This document shows positions 13,182 to 27,465 of a stretch of DNA of 64,000 nt, piece by piece. A model generated the notes under the pieces. The model searched no databases and was not told where the DNA came from. It saw nothing but the letters and a program-made list of their open reading frames with translations. The position numbers and the translations under genes were made by a program. Within the stretch, counting starts at the first letter, position 1. Each line of letters begins with the position of its first letter. Location of the stretch: positions 1,488,001 through 1,552,000 of the forward strand of contig NC_089435.1 in the NCBI RefSeq assembly GCF_026210795.1. Direction: 5' to 3'. This stretch comes from Rhizophagus irregularis. Lineage: Eukaryota.

Positions 13182-14594
13182 TTAAATCCATTTAAAATTT
13201 TCATAATCATCACCACAATCGATAATACTAAAAATATAATTTTCAATTATTCCTTTTGCTTTATATTGTTCAATTAAACTTACTAACTGCTGATCTACTT
13301 TAAAACTAGGATAAATTATTTTTAGTAACATAGCCCTCCTATTTTTCCAATTATCAAAAAATAATTTTAAATCTTTCAGTTTAAATTCCTTAGAATAAAA
13401 TTTAAATTTAAATAAACTAATTGGTGATGATTTAGCTAATATTTGGAATAACTTATTCCACCTAAAGTTATAATCATTTCTCACGTGAATAATTAATCCA
13501 ATTAAAAATTGACAATTAATCAATAAATTTTTAAATTCTGGAATCAATAACTTTATATCAAATGATAATTTAAGATACCTAATATTTGGACAATTTTGAT
13601 AAATTGCCTGAATAAGCATTTTACAACCAACATCACGTAAGGCCTTATCACAATGTATACTAATTTCAGAAAGATTTCCTGTTGTGCTTTCAATTAAATT
13701 TACTGTAGCAATCAATGGAACACGATTAATCTTTAAAATTTTTAAAATAGGTAATAAGATATTCTTTAAATTATTTGGATTATACTTCTTTATGAAAAAT
13801 GATTTCTCGATTTCTAAATATACTAAGTTCACAAAGTACGAAAGAAATCTTGTATTAGGACTCCAATCAATTTTCAAATATTGGATAGTATCTGCATGTT
13901 TAATTAATGATTCTTCAAGATATTTGTAAAATGGTTCAAGTCTGTTAAAAGCATCGGTTAAATAGAATTCATTTAAATTTTTTTGTACTTCAATTAATTT
14001 AAAGATCCCATGACTATCAGTATTTTCATAGCTATCAAAATTTATTTCAATTTTTTTAATTGATTTGCATATTTTAGCTAATCCTACTAGAACGTTTGGA
14101 TCAATTTTACTATTATAATAAAAGATTTCAAGTCCTGATAAGCAACATTCAGCCCCTGGAATAAGATGTACTTGATAATCAAAATATTCTGTAATTGTAA
14201 GTTGAATAAACTTTGTATTTTTATTAATAAACAATTTGAATAACTCGTTTCTTAAAATAGGTGCATTTGATTCTCCAACTATATTCGAAAAAATTTCATG
14301 TCTTAGGATAGGCAATTTTAAATGTAATTAAATAAAGGACGCCGATGTGTTGTCTCTGTTATAAAATTATTCATTCCTTGATTCTTCAAAATTTCTTTTG
14401 ATTCTTCCGATAAAAGTAAAAGTATTACGTTGAATAGTTTCTTTTGAATACCAAAATAAGAAAATAGACTAGGATTTCTCCATAAAATTGATACACCAAG
14501 TTCTATTAACCAAAAGACATGAATAAAGAGATTTTTTATCATTTCCTAATTCTTCAAATATTAGAAAAAGCAAATCTTCATTGGATCGCCAAAT
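13182..14594 (-). pseudogene. F-box/LRR-like pseudogene, inverted paralogue of 39790..41232
   Basis: Start codon changed to ATT (ATT TGG CGA TCC AAT GAA GAT TTG vs ATG TGG CGA TTC AAT GAA GAT TTG). Frameshifting deletions near 14490 and 14318. The 3' 377 codons are still open. Confidence 0.8.
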
Positions 14595-17500
14595 TCTTTT
14601 TTTTTTTAAAAAAATAAAAAGGAGAAATTTTTTATCGGGTTGATTTGTCCCATTATTTTAATAGATTTTTAGTCTTATTGTGTAACAAATATTACGTTTA
14701 TATTTCTGATGCATGAAGATCTGTCACTGCATGATTTTTGTCCTAATTACATTTGATTCTGAAAAATAAAATTATTTTCGATAATATATAGGAAATGGCA
14801 TTTTCAATAGGAGAAGAGCTCCGTATACGCCATTGTGTTAATTAGCAATCCATGAACTTATGGAACATAACAATAATAAATCCTATGAAATACAATAGTC
14901 ATTTTTTTTTTAATAGTAAAATTGACAATTTATGATTAATTTCATTGTTGATTTATTATTAACGCCGTACAGTTCCAAAATTAAGAAACCTAGTCCGGGT
15001 AACCATAGTAAAGACACAAGGCCACATGAACTGGAAGGGTATTAAACAAAAAGGAAACTGATGCAACCACTAAAGGACAAATAATATTAGAGCAAAATGA
15101 GAAAATAGAAAGATACGAACGGAAGATAACAGATTTGGAAAATCGAATAAGAGAATTAGAAACTGATGTAACGGTGAAAAAGCGAATAAAATTAGAGAAA
15201 GAGGAAAAAGCGAAAATACTTACCGGAAAAGTTAAAGAGCTAGAGCAGAAGAAGAATCAAGACATGAGTTCACTGACCACAAACAAGTAAGGTAAATTCG
15301 GGTCAAACAAAGAAAAAATCTGGAGTCGTAAAAATCGGAAAAATTCGGATACACAAAACTATCCAAATGGAAAGATCACTGAATTTCCGGTTAAAACAAT
15401 TACCGACGACGATAATAATTTTGCAGATGAGTCACGTGATATTACGTTCTACGATTTTCCGTGGATGAAGTAATATATGCAATAAATGTAGGATACGTCG
15501 AACGCCTAAGAAGCTATAAATACAAGATGATTAAGGCCAGACTTTGTTTCACCAAAGCTTATGAAGATATAAATATAAACGAGGTGGCATTAATATATCT
15601 ATTACAAAAAATGGCCGTAATTATTTCTTCAGAATTTTTGACTCAAGACTAATGCCGCGCCAAATTAAAGAAAAATACAGCTGGCAAGCATGTAAATAAC
15701 TTGAAACTGTTAATGACGAACAAGATGGTACAATCATCCATGACCATATCGACAAATATGGCGGGTGGATCAACAAATTAAATAAAAAATTTGTCTGACG
15801 TTTGGATTAGTCTCCGTATAAATAATTTGAATTGTGTAACTTGAAATCCCATGCCATATAATTAAAACCCGCCTGGTCAAAAACTAAATGATTTTTTATC
15901 AAACCAAAAAAAATTGTTTTTTCTCATTCTTTTCCCATTTAGGTTTGATTTTTTTTCCCAAACTGAAACCTTTTTTTTTTTATTAAATAATCCTATTGTT
16001 TCGGTCTTTTAAAACGGATCAAAATTTTTTTTGGTATGATACTTAATTTTTTTTTCGGATTCCTAAAACCGATTTCTTTCTTTATCCTTTTTCTTTTCCC
16101 CCAAATTTCTTTTTCGATTTTTTTCCGAATTTTTTTTCCTTTTCGGTTTCTTTTTCAAATTTTTTTTTTCGTTCTTATTTTTTGAATTTTTTTTTTTTAT
16201 TTTTTTTCTGTTTTTTTTCCTATCACCAATCCGAAATTTTTCCCCTTTTCCTTTTTCGGTTTAGCTCTTTTTTTTTCAAACCAAATTTTTATTTTCCCGA
16301 ATATATTCTTTCACCATTTAGGTTTGGTTCGATGCTGCGGCACCACGGCAATTACTTTTTTTTTATAATTGTTTCAATCATTTTAGTATCAGAAGGGTAA
16401 TGATTACAACAAAAATTTTTTTACAATTCCAGATTCTTAATAATAATAAGAATAATAATATTTTTTAGGCGTATCAAGCTTAATAATAATTAATTATTTA
16501 TTTATTTTTTGTAACAATAGATTGTTAATTAATATTTCTGGGGAATTTTTTTTTTTCATGACAATAGATCGTTGATATAAAAGTTATTTAAAAATCCATT
16601 CACGCTTGCTGAAAAAATATACTAACATCAAAATCTGCATTTTTATAGGATCTTGAGTAATTTGCTTCAAAGAAATTTGGTTTAAAAATTCAATGACCAT
16701 ATAATAAATTAATTTAATTTAATTAAGCTTTAACATTACTTTTGTTGCAAAAAATATATATCATAAGTTATAATACTAATAAATATATTTTATACTTTAA
16801 CTATTGAATATTTGTCAGATTATTTTATAATGTTTAGAAGAATCAAAGTTTACCTTTGGATTTTTGTTGATAAATATGATACAGTAAATACTAGTAAATT
16901 TAAAATCATAATGATGTTACATTTCGCCATTCTGATCGGGTACTCGGGTACTCTTTATAAAATATTTACCTGAGTTAAACTCAATAACTATTACATACTA
17001 AAAGTAACCATGGTAAACGCTGTTTAATCATCATAAAATTACACGACAATCTATGCTTGAGCCGGGACTGGGTGTTTGGAAATTAAGAATGCAACTATTG
17101 CGACAATACTATAATTTTATTGAATTTATCAAAAATGAAAAGACAAAAAAATTTTATTTGAACGTCAATGGTTGTTTGATACCTTTATAATTCTATAAAT
17201 TTTTTTTCAATATTATAATCGTGCAGTAAAATGTTTTTCATATTAACTAAATTCGATTTTTTGTTTTAAAACCCAATTATTTTTAAGAGTGTGCATGGGA
17301 GGTTAAAAGGCAGAATATATTGAATTAAGAAAAGCAAATAAAAGTAATGATCATATGTTTCAATAAATATGTTGATTGTTACATTTTTGAATTAAATTAT
17401 AATAATTAAGACAACAATAATCTTACCTTAAATGTCAACCTCAAAACCATCACTTTTGACATTTATTTATTTTAGAGTAATACATGATGTTGTACCTTCG

Positions 17501-17804
17501 TTCTGTCATCATGTTAAAATAAAAAAAAATAAAAATTATTTGCGCAAAAAAATACTACTCTGGACTACAATGAATCAGAGAAATAAATTAACAAACAGGA
17601 AGACACTATACCAAACCCAATGGAAAACTGAAGACAAACTAATTAGTAAGTAAGAAAATCACCTCCAAGAATTGAACTTGGACACAGAAATTGTGGAACC
17701 AACGGTGATGGATAATTGTTGAGTTAATAAGTTATTAAGGAAAGAACTCAACAAAGGAATAAAATAAAGGGTATCACATGTGAAGAATGAAATCACATGA
17801 GATA

Positions 17805-18015
17805 GATCAAATGATCAAAGAAAGATAAATTTTTACAAGACAAAGGATCTCTCTGACACCAATTAAGGGCGATGCAAACGATCCCCTTGTAAAATTTATC
17901 TATCTAAAAATGGTCAAATGATCAAGAAAGGGTAAATTTTTACAAGACAAAGGATCTCTCTGACACCAATTAAGGGCGATGCAAACGATCCCCTTGTAAA
18001 AATTATCTATCTAAG
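17805..18015. repeat. Tandem duplication of a ~110-bp unit
   Basis: TTTTACAAGACAAAGGATCTCTCTGACACCAATTAAGGGCGATGCAAACGATCCCCTTGTAAAA occurs twice. Each unit has inverted ends (TTTTACAAG/CTTGTAAAA). Confidence 0.85.
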
Positions 18016-21000
18016 AATGGCCAAGTAATCCCAAGTTGACCAAAGGGTAAAGATTATGTCTCCATGCTATATTTGGTAAGCAATGGACCTAGCTACATAA
18101 TATAAGATAATTTTGGAAAATATGTCAATTGAAAATAATGAAAGAAAAAGAAGACTAAACTACTGTGGGATTAAAAGTAGAATAGTATTTATAAAATAGA
18201 TAAGAAAAAAGAAGAATATAAATTATGCAATTGAGAAAATAAAGAAAATGGAGAAGGATTGATAATAATATAGATAATAAATAAAGGAGAAGTGATAATA
18301 ATAGAGAGAATAATAAATGTTCAAAAGAATGTAATACATTGGGAAATGAAAGAAGTCGGGTAAGAAGGAAGATTGTAACAGCACAAGAGAGTTTTAATGA
18401 AAGAAGAATTAGGATAATTATATACTTGATAATATCAGTAGACATGAGTAAAATAATAAAAAGAATGTAAATATATATGGCAAATGATGGTAGATATTGG
18501 AAGGTTGATTCAGTTGGTTGATAATGGTGGTAGCATTTGTTGAGGGGAATTTCATTGAGAACAGTATTGATAATGTTAGGACACAATTGATAAGACATTT
18601 TTGAATTGAAATTTTACAATTGAATTAAAAATTTGGATTTGATATAGAAAATTTGATATAGAAAATTCAGATTTAATGTTTGATTGAAACTTGTTTGGAA
18701 AATATTTGATTGAAACTTGTGTTTGAAAAATATTTGATACAGAAAATTTGGATTTAATATTTGAGAAAATTTGATTTTTCCTTGAGAAAATTTAAGGGTA
18801 TATATACTTGTAAAAATCTCATGTGACTAATAATAATTTATTATGATTCATAAAAAAAATCAAGATCATGATGTATGAGTCACATTTATTACATCAATTA
18901 ATTTATAAGTTACTTAATCTAAAACTAGTAATATGAGTTAACTTAACAACATGTAAATAAATGGGAGTAAATCATATTGATCATGATTATAAGCCATTAT
19001 TAGTCATCATTATCTTAACTGGAATAGATGCCACCAGTTTTGTATAAACAAAAATAAAATATAGGGTAAATTAAAAGGTTTTATTACAAAATATATTTCT
19101 GGAATTGTCTGTCAGTACTGCTTTCTTGGTGCACCTGTAGCGACAAATTCACAACAAAAATACACAAAGAACAATTAGTAAAATATCAGTCTTTATTAAT
19201 AAATTATAGTACTATCTATCTATCATCATGTGAAGCTACTTTTATCATCTATAGATCGGTGAAATCTAGATCTCTAATTGTGACTCATCAATAACAATTG
19301 GCAATAACTATTGCATCGCCTTTACCGTAAAATGTTGATAATCTGGTAATCTGGTCATGATATCAAATGAGATTAGTTTTACAGAATACAGATTCAAAAA
19401 ACAACACGGGACAATATAGTCTTATATAGTATTTCGTAATTCATGAGAATAGAGACTATGTATTATATTAATGACAGTAAGGCTATGTATGGCATAAATA
19501 AAGTCTATCATTGGCTTCATTTCAAATTCGGGTATGGGAACAAATAATATGTCTATATCTTAATAATTCAACATGACATAAACGTTTCTAAATTGTGATT
19601 TTGAATGAGTTACCAGCAGCTTCCAACATTATATTCGTTGATGTGTAGAAAAATGTATTTTGCAGCCTTTGAGTCCGAATATGGAAATTATGTGTAGCCT
19701 ATATAAGTTGTATAGCTTCAACATAATCAACGCCACATATTTTTTCATTGTAAGAATATAACACAACACATGTTTCTGGGAATCAATATATCATATACGA
19801 AAATTTTGGAAGTACGGTGATTGTGACGATACTTGCATGTTTTTCTGATATCGTGTTTGTAGTTTGCTGTTTGCTTCAGTTTTCGCATGACTTAAACCTT
19901 AATTTCCTAGAAAAATCGTGATCACTGAAATAATTCTTGATGGAATACAAAGAATTTCGCATTAGTTATAAGGACAAAGAAATCATTCTCAATATTCAAC
20001 AGAAATGTCAACAATCTTTGGACATACTCTTTTCATATAAATTATCACCTCTTGCCCGGTCTGTACATAACATTATTCAAAAATATTTTTGCTAGCTTCT
20101 TGCAGCAACAAGTTTGTTGTTAAGTAGGCAATCTTTTTTTGGTATTAGTTTTATCTTACATATGCAAACAAAGAAGATTTTTTGAAGGAATACTAGACGG
20201 TTTCTGGAATAAAAACAAATAAGTACTTCATGGTCATCCAGCAGAATAAAGTGTTGTAGGTCCGTGAAACTTTGCAATTGTTAAGGTCTACAAACTTTAT
20301 TTCTTATGAAAGTACCAAAATGGATATGATTCTCTATAATATTAACCGTAGTGACTAACTTGGAAAGTGGAAGTTTTGAAAATCAGAATATAAATATGTA
20401 GCTTTTATTAATTATGGGTAACAAGTACAGAATCATGGAGAACATTGAGTTGACTTGCCATCTTCATACAAGACCGGGAAAGAATGTCATTCGAGTGAAT
20501 ACTGGGAATGATGTTAACTTCCTCATAGGGTAAGATATAGTCCTATGGAAAACTGAGATGCCCAACGAACTGGAGGATGCTATTATAAACCTCATTCTTG
20601 CTGAGGCGATAACCTGACAAATTCACAGCAGGAGAATTAAATAAATTCTGGGAGGAGATTTGGGTCGTCCTCTTGAAGATTATACTCACATCATTATAGA
20701 TTCACCTCATTTGGTCTTGAAGCAAGAATTAACAGGAGTATTGGCGCGTTAAGAATTACTGGATCAAGGTAGAAGTCCATTCTTTGTGTCTAGGGTCTAG
20801 AAATGCATTTTTTTTGTATATGATATAAACTATATTATAACATTTTTAGAAGAGCATGATGAACAGGTGCCTGATGAAGATAATTAGGTTGATGATGGTG
20901 AAGATAATTAGGGTGAAGGACATGTCACGTAAACGGAATAGTTATAAGCATTATCATCGGCGGCTGCAGGATAACACGATTAGGGGTGTTAACCGAACTG

Positions 21001-21547
21001 CTTTTCGGATGATATTTTAACACCCCTAATAAAAGATGACCAGGAAACAGGTTCAACTTTGGGCAATTCTTTTTTACTACCCTTGCTCTCTTAAAAACTC
21101 AGTAATCAATTGTTTTGTAGACATAGATCCTCTAGAACAGCTGTTCAATGATAGTTATACCATACGGGAAGATATACTAATTTACGAGAAAATTGTCCAA
21201 GGAACACGTTTTAGTTATTGATGCGAAGTTTGCATTGTTTCTATCCTTATTCAAGGCTTCATTAGCGTAATCTTTTTAACTTCACTTGGTATACATTATC
21301 AAAAATTCTAAATTGCGTTTACTAGATTGAAATTACTTTTATTTAATCATTAAATTTAATATGGAGCAGAAGTAGAATAATAGAACTCATCATTAATATT
21401 AAGGGTAAAATTCAATTTTCTCTCTATATAAATACTGCACCCATTCTGTATTAGTTGCTAAAGGATTTTGTGATTTATATCGTAAATTTATATGAATGAG
21501 ATTATAAGATGGAAAATACATTTATTTCTATAGCACCATCATATATA

Positions 21548-21706
21548 CAGTCTAACCTCGATATACCGATATTCGATATACCGATATACTATTAAAACTT
21601 GATATACCGATAAAATTTTATTTTCCCATTATATGTGAGGACATATAAATATCAGTCTAAAATTTTCATATATGTCCCGACATATTGTTATATAAAGGTT
21701 TGACTG
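21548..21706. mobile_element. Tc1/mariner (pogo-like) MITE
   Basis: TA|CAGTCTAACCTCGATATA ... TATATAAAGGTTTGACTG|TA, with internal GATATACCGATA repeats. Confidence 0.75.
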
Positions 21707-21711
21707 TAATC

Positions 21712-22101
21712 AATATATATGTATTTCTTTTCAACAAATGATGTAATTTTTTTTAGTGCTACAATGAAATTTTTTTAAGATAAAAAAATATATATTTTTT
21801 TGTTAACAATGTAACAATAAATCACTAATACAAAATTATCTTTGTAATGAATTTGTAAATATATAAACAAATCATAAATTTCACAGTACTACAACATTCG
21901 TTTCGTGTGATAAGTAAATTTGATAATATTTCATATACTGTATAACACTTGCACAGAATTCATTGTTATTTGTATAATCATATAAATTGTGTAATTTATT
22001 ACATTATTTCCTACTAATACCATCATAATAATAGTAAAAAGCTAGACCAGTGTGTTTATTATTACTCTCATCCCCGGCGGAACGCGACGGGTTACGCCTA
22101 G
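21712..22101 (+). mobile_element. Helitron-like 3' fragment
   Basis: Homologous to ~26320-26689. Ends with a GC-rich hairpin CCCGGCGGAACGCGACGGG followed by TTACGCCTAG|T. Confidence 0.7.
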
Positions 22102-24160
22102 TAAATACTATATGACATTACAGATAGTAAAAGACGTAACAATTTTTGTACCATAATTTCAATTTTTATTTCTTAGGGAAATTGTAAAATTAGGGTTCCG
22201 AAAAAGGAATACTTGCACCAATCATTTAATTTTGGGCGAAATTATGGTAAATTAAAAAAGTAGTTGTAAAAATATCACAAAACATAAGAAAAAATGATCA
22301 ATTCAAAAAGAAAATTTATTGAAAGCTTTATATTGAAATTAAATTTAGAAATATTTTTTGTGAGATTTGGGATTTGTCTGGGATGGTAAAGTATAATCAT
22401 ATTGGAAATGATCAGTGAACGTCATCACATGCGAGAGTACATTAGCGTAACACGAAATTTTTTAAAAAATGATGATATCAAAAAGTAAATAAATATAAAA
22501 CTTTGCAATTTCTTATAACTTTACTGCGCGTTAATAAACTTTTAAAGAACAAAATTATTATATTTAATATGAAATTTTGGTTCTACCTATAAAAGTAAAA
22601 CCTATTGAAACCTTAAAAACCCATCATTAACTTTCGCGTTAATTACGTTACTTACGAAACGTATTTTTTTATTACAAAAGTGAAAATTCATTTTTTATCA
22701 GTCAGCATAAATAATTTTATAATCCTTAATTTATCTCAATTCTGTAAATTAGCGGATATGGCAATTTTATATCATCTAAAATCTAGATTATTGGAGTAAA
22801 AACTTAAAATTACAATTCCTATTAAATATTTATTATTATAATTGGTTTACTTATTTTATTTTTTAAAAAAAATTGCCTAAGTGCAAGAAATTTACAAATT
22901 TTGTGATAATTATGAAATATTTATTTATTTGATAATTAGAAACAAATGTAAAGTATATGTATAAAAAATAATCTACTATAGCGGATAGCCATAGATAATT
23001 TATCATGAAGTGAAATTATCTGACATTCGTATTGTATTAGATTGCACTATTCGTAGTATATTTGTTGACGGAACGTCGGAACGTCGGTGCTGGCCGACAT
23101 TAAAATCACGTGACATCGCATTGCGATTTTTGTAACAGTATTAAACAGTATTTTCTCTTACTTTAGACCAACTATATATATACGTGTCTACATCTAAAAT
23201 TAATCCCGTTTCACATTGTCTATACTTCAATTTGGTATATGTCGCCTTATATATTCCTTATTTTATTTTGGGTCATCCTTGAATTTGCTCTATTTAGTCA
23301 ATTACGTTTTGTATTTGCCTCACTTTGAGTTTAGCCTACCTTGTTTTTGCCTTGCTTCGGTAATTTGACATAGTATATCTATGATCGGGCAAGAATTTAA
23401 CGCCAACCTATGGGATATTCGGTACGACGAAAGATTGACTTTAATTGGTTTTTCTCAGAAAAAAATTCAGAATTTTTTGAAAATAATTCCAAACGAAAGT
23501 AGAAGATAATTATATTTTAAATTAATCCAGGAAAAGTACTGTTAATTGTATACTAAATAGCATTAGTTTTTGTTGCATTAAGAAAATTTGGTATGTCAAA
23601 TTGAAAAAAAGTAAAATAAAATAATAATAATATTTTCTTACACTTTTATCGGGCGAAATAATTTCTTTTTCGAGGTATCGAACATAACCGAACATGAAGA
23701 AAGAAAATATTTTAAAAATAGACTTGTAAAAAAAAATATATTTATAATTGAAACAAAGAATCAAATTCTTGGAATATATAATCCATAATAAACAAAACTA
23801 CGGTATACCAAACCATTAAATTTGTTCTTCTTACAATGAACATTAAGGATTTCTGGCGTAATTTGGTTGAATTCAGCGTCTTTTTTGAAGGATAAATTAG
23901 GATAAAATCATTGTTATTTTGGGTCTAGGTATGATGGTAACTAAATATACTGTATATTGTCGATTTACAAATTTTTTTGTTGAATAATTATCTAAAGTTG
24001 CTTTACCCAATTGTAATTTACTGAATGTCTGTATATCATAATTAAAGTTACATAAAGAAAGAAAACTTACAAAGTTATTTAATGATTTACAATTCTCTTG
24101 ATCTAAGAAATGTCGTTCTCTAAACGTAGACATGCTTTTTTAAGTATTTTCAGAATTAGC

Positions 24161-24243
24161 TATTCATGCATTTTATTTAATAAAACTTGGTGCACAATAG
24201 CGATAGTGATGGCAATTTTGTGGAGAAATCCTAGCCAATATTT
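24161..24243 (+). pseudogene. Short F-box fragment
   Basis: Translates YSCILFNKTWCTIAIVMAILWRNPSQYF, the family F-box motif. No continuation. Confidence 0.65.
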
Positions 24244-24774
24244 CATAGGGTCAAATCATCCAAAAATGGGCTTTTTGATATGCAAGTCACAGATATGAAT
24301 AAATGAATGAATTTAAATTATTATATAATCCTTATATAATTAAGAAAAACTTGTTAACAAATATTATGTCGTTAGTATCTATTGTAAAAATATGTATATA
24401 TATCCGGCTCAATTTAGTTTCATATTTTTTTAATAACGAAGATCATCAAATTGTAATATAATCCATTGCAGGTAATTAAATTACGCAAAGATGATAATTC
24501 AAATAAAAAAGTTAATAATGGTTAATAGTATTTAAATACATTTTAAAAAAGAAGGGTAATCTTGCCACCTTTTTGATGCATTTTAACAATATTAATTTTG
24601 GCTTAGGATGAGATACGATGAAATTGTAAATTTTTCTGGACGTATGAGTCATCTTAAACTTTTTTTTTTTAATCGTTTTTTTATAATTTTAATTTTTATT
24701 GTTTTTATTTATTCAGTTAATTACTTAGATCTACAGATAAATTTTAATTTTGAACCACTATGAAATCGCATTAT

Positions 24775-25112
24775 ATAGTTTTAATAAATTGTAGTTATTA
24801 CGTAGATGTTTACTTTGTAGTTTTTACTATATAATCATTACTTTGTATAATATTATAATCACCACTTTAGATGTGGTAATTATGTAGAGATATCTGACTG
24901 TATATAAAAGATTGTCTTTGTCGATCATTTCCAAGGCGATTTTAACGGAAAAATTAAAAAGGTGATATTCAAAACTACCTTTCCACTCAAGTAAACCTGC
25001 AAAGTAGCCAAAGATGCATCTATGTAATATCTTTTAGAAGTTTATATATTGTGTATTAAGAAAATTTTCTGTCTTCGCAAACAATGAGGCTTACAAAATT
25101 TATTTGTCATAC
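24775..25112 (+). repeat. Dispersed duplicate of the region upstream of the microexon kinase gene (31077-31412)
   Basis: Shared AATAAATTGTAGTTATTACGTAGATGTTTACTTTGTA ... AAAAAGGTGATATTCAAAACTACCTTTCCAC ... TACAAAATTTATTTGTCATACATGCAA. Confidence 0.85.
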
Positions 25113-25559
25113 ATGCAAATCTTCCCAGTAAAAAAGCTCTGACATGTGATTTTTGAGCATGTGATTTACATACGGCGCAATTTGTGGCATAACGTATTAT
25201 TATTTAAGCTTTCTTTTCGTGTCTTAGTCCTATTTATAAATTAGGTGAAGACGTTGAACATTATCAAAATAAGTGAACCATGCCATTAACATGGAAGTGG
25301 CATACCGATAGCACTCATTATTTACAATAATTTATTTTAAATTAACGTATTTAATAAATTGAAAAATTGTTAAATTAATATTACATTCTATTTTAATAAA
25401 ATAATTATTCTAATTTTATTAATTTAAAAGAATTTTGTTTTACTCTTATAAATTAACATCTAAAAAATTTCATTATATTCTCAAGCAATCATCTTTGGAG
25501 TGGAGTATCTTAGGGTAAAGAAAGTTAGTTTAGGCGAAAATACTTATCCTTGAAGATAA

Positions 25560-26689
25560 CGTAGACGTTGGAGTATCTTTAGATTAGTTTGTATAAATTA
25601 ATTTTGAATTGCTAATCCGTATTCTTTATAGCTAAGACCCGCTTGATCAGCAAGTCATCTAATAATCCAATTCCGGTTAATGAAATTTTTTCCCCCAAAT
25701 TTTATTTTTTGTTTTTTTTTCAAATTTTCTTTATTGTTATTTTTTTTTCTGTTTTTTTTCGAATTCTTTAAAACCTTTTTTTTTCGAGTTGGTTTTTTTT
25801 TTAATCCGAAAATTCTTTTTTCACTTTTCTTTTTTCGGGTTGGCTTTTGACTTTTTTCCCAATCTGAAAGACTTTTTTTCACCTTTCTTTTTCGGTTTGG
25901 CTTTTTTTTCAAATCGAATTTTTTTTTCCCGAACCACATTCTTAAACTATTTTGATTTGGAATCGGCGATCAGATTGACGCTGTGGCATCACGGACTCAC
26001 GGTAATTGTCTTTTTTCCCGATTCTTCTTATTATTATTAATAATAATATTTTCCCTAATTATTTTTTAGGCTCAATAATAGACTGACATATAATTTACTT
26101 ATTTATTTTTTGTAACAATAGATCGGTATAGTAAATTTTATAGGAAATTGTTTAGATCGTTATAATTAATTTTTCTGAGGAATATTTTTTTTTTCGTAAC
26201 AATGGATTATTATAATTGATTTTTGGGGGATTTTTTTTTTCATATTAGTAATTAGTGAGATATTTTATTTTCTATAACAATAGATTGCTATAATGAATTT
26301 CTTTGAGATATGGTAACAATATATATGTATGTTTTTCACAGAGGATGTAATTTTTTTTAATGATACAATAAAATTTTTTTAAGATAAAAAAAAAGGATTT
26401 TTTTGTAACAACAATGTAACAATAAACTATTTATACAAAATTGTTTTGTAATGAATTTATAAATAAATCATAAATAAAATTTGCGTTTAATAATAATATT
26501 TCACATACTGTATAACACTTGCACACAACTCATTGTTATTTGTATAATCATATAAATTGTGTAATTTATTACATTTATTTCTTACTATAATAATAGTAAA
26601 AAACCAGACCTATTCAAAATAAAATATGTGTATTTATTATTACTCTCTTACTTTATCGTCTCTGGCGCAACGTGACAGGTTACGCCTAG
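25560..26689 (+). mobile_element. Non-autonomous Helitron-like element
   Basis: The 5' part resembles ~15795-16570 (T-rich tract, AACAATAGAT repeats). The 3' part matches 21712-22101 and ends GGTTACGCCTAG|T. Confidence 0.6.
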
Positions 26690-27465
26690 TATTAACTGAA
26701 AAAAATATTAAATGGCGTGCCAACTTGATTCCTGACGCCACCCTAGTTTATTTATTATTTATTCGTTGTTTCAAAATGATACTAATACATATTAAGGCAA
26801 ATGGTAATTCAAATATTTATCTTAAAATAGTAGAATTTTATTGTACATGTACATCTTATTAAAATTCCGTAATGTAACACAAAAAAATTATTTCAATTCA
26901 ACCTAAGCCAGAATCAGTTAGATTAGGCGCTTTAAAAGATGCGATTTTTTTTATTTATTTTATAGAATTTTCTTAAGAAATTTTCAAACAAAATTTAGAG
27001 AAGCAATAGCAGATAGCAAATTTGCCTATAATTTACAAAATTTACAGGATTCTTTAATGTTGATTCTTTTTAATGAATATTTATTTAACTTTTAATTATT
27101 TATAATGATGGTATTAATTTGTCATATTATTACATATATATATATATATTATTTACTCTCATAGGGATCGATATTTTATTTATAGTAATTAGTCTACGTA
27201 TTCATAAACATAAACCTTTAAAATACCCCACTCGACCAGAAAATGTTCCCGATGAACTTGTTATATTATTATACAAAATTGGGATTTTTTATACTGTACA
27301 TAAATATAATATTTATTATTTATATATTGAAGTCGTTTAATAATAATCTTGATTGTTATTTCTAAAATAAAAAAAAGGTTTTAATGAGGAAATAAAACAT
27401 GATTATCGTGTCGCAAAAAAAAAAAAAAAGATAAAATTATTTTATACCGTATATGTAGAGCTCAT

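Noticed and set aside
18155..18598. 147-aa hydrophobic minus-strand ORF
   Set aside because: Compositionally biased, no recognisable domain, and lies in repeat-like DNA. It cannot be supported as a gene.
19450..20950. Coding-like, slightly GC-richer region
   Set aside because: Multiple stops in all frames and no motif I can identify. Probably a decayed TE or gene, left uncalled.
25655..26040. Lys-rich and Phe-rich ORFs
   Set aside because: Products of the T-rich tract of a Helitron-like repeat.
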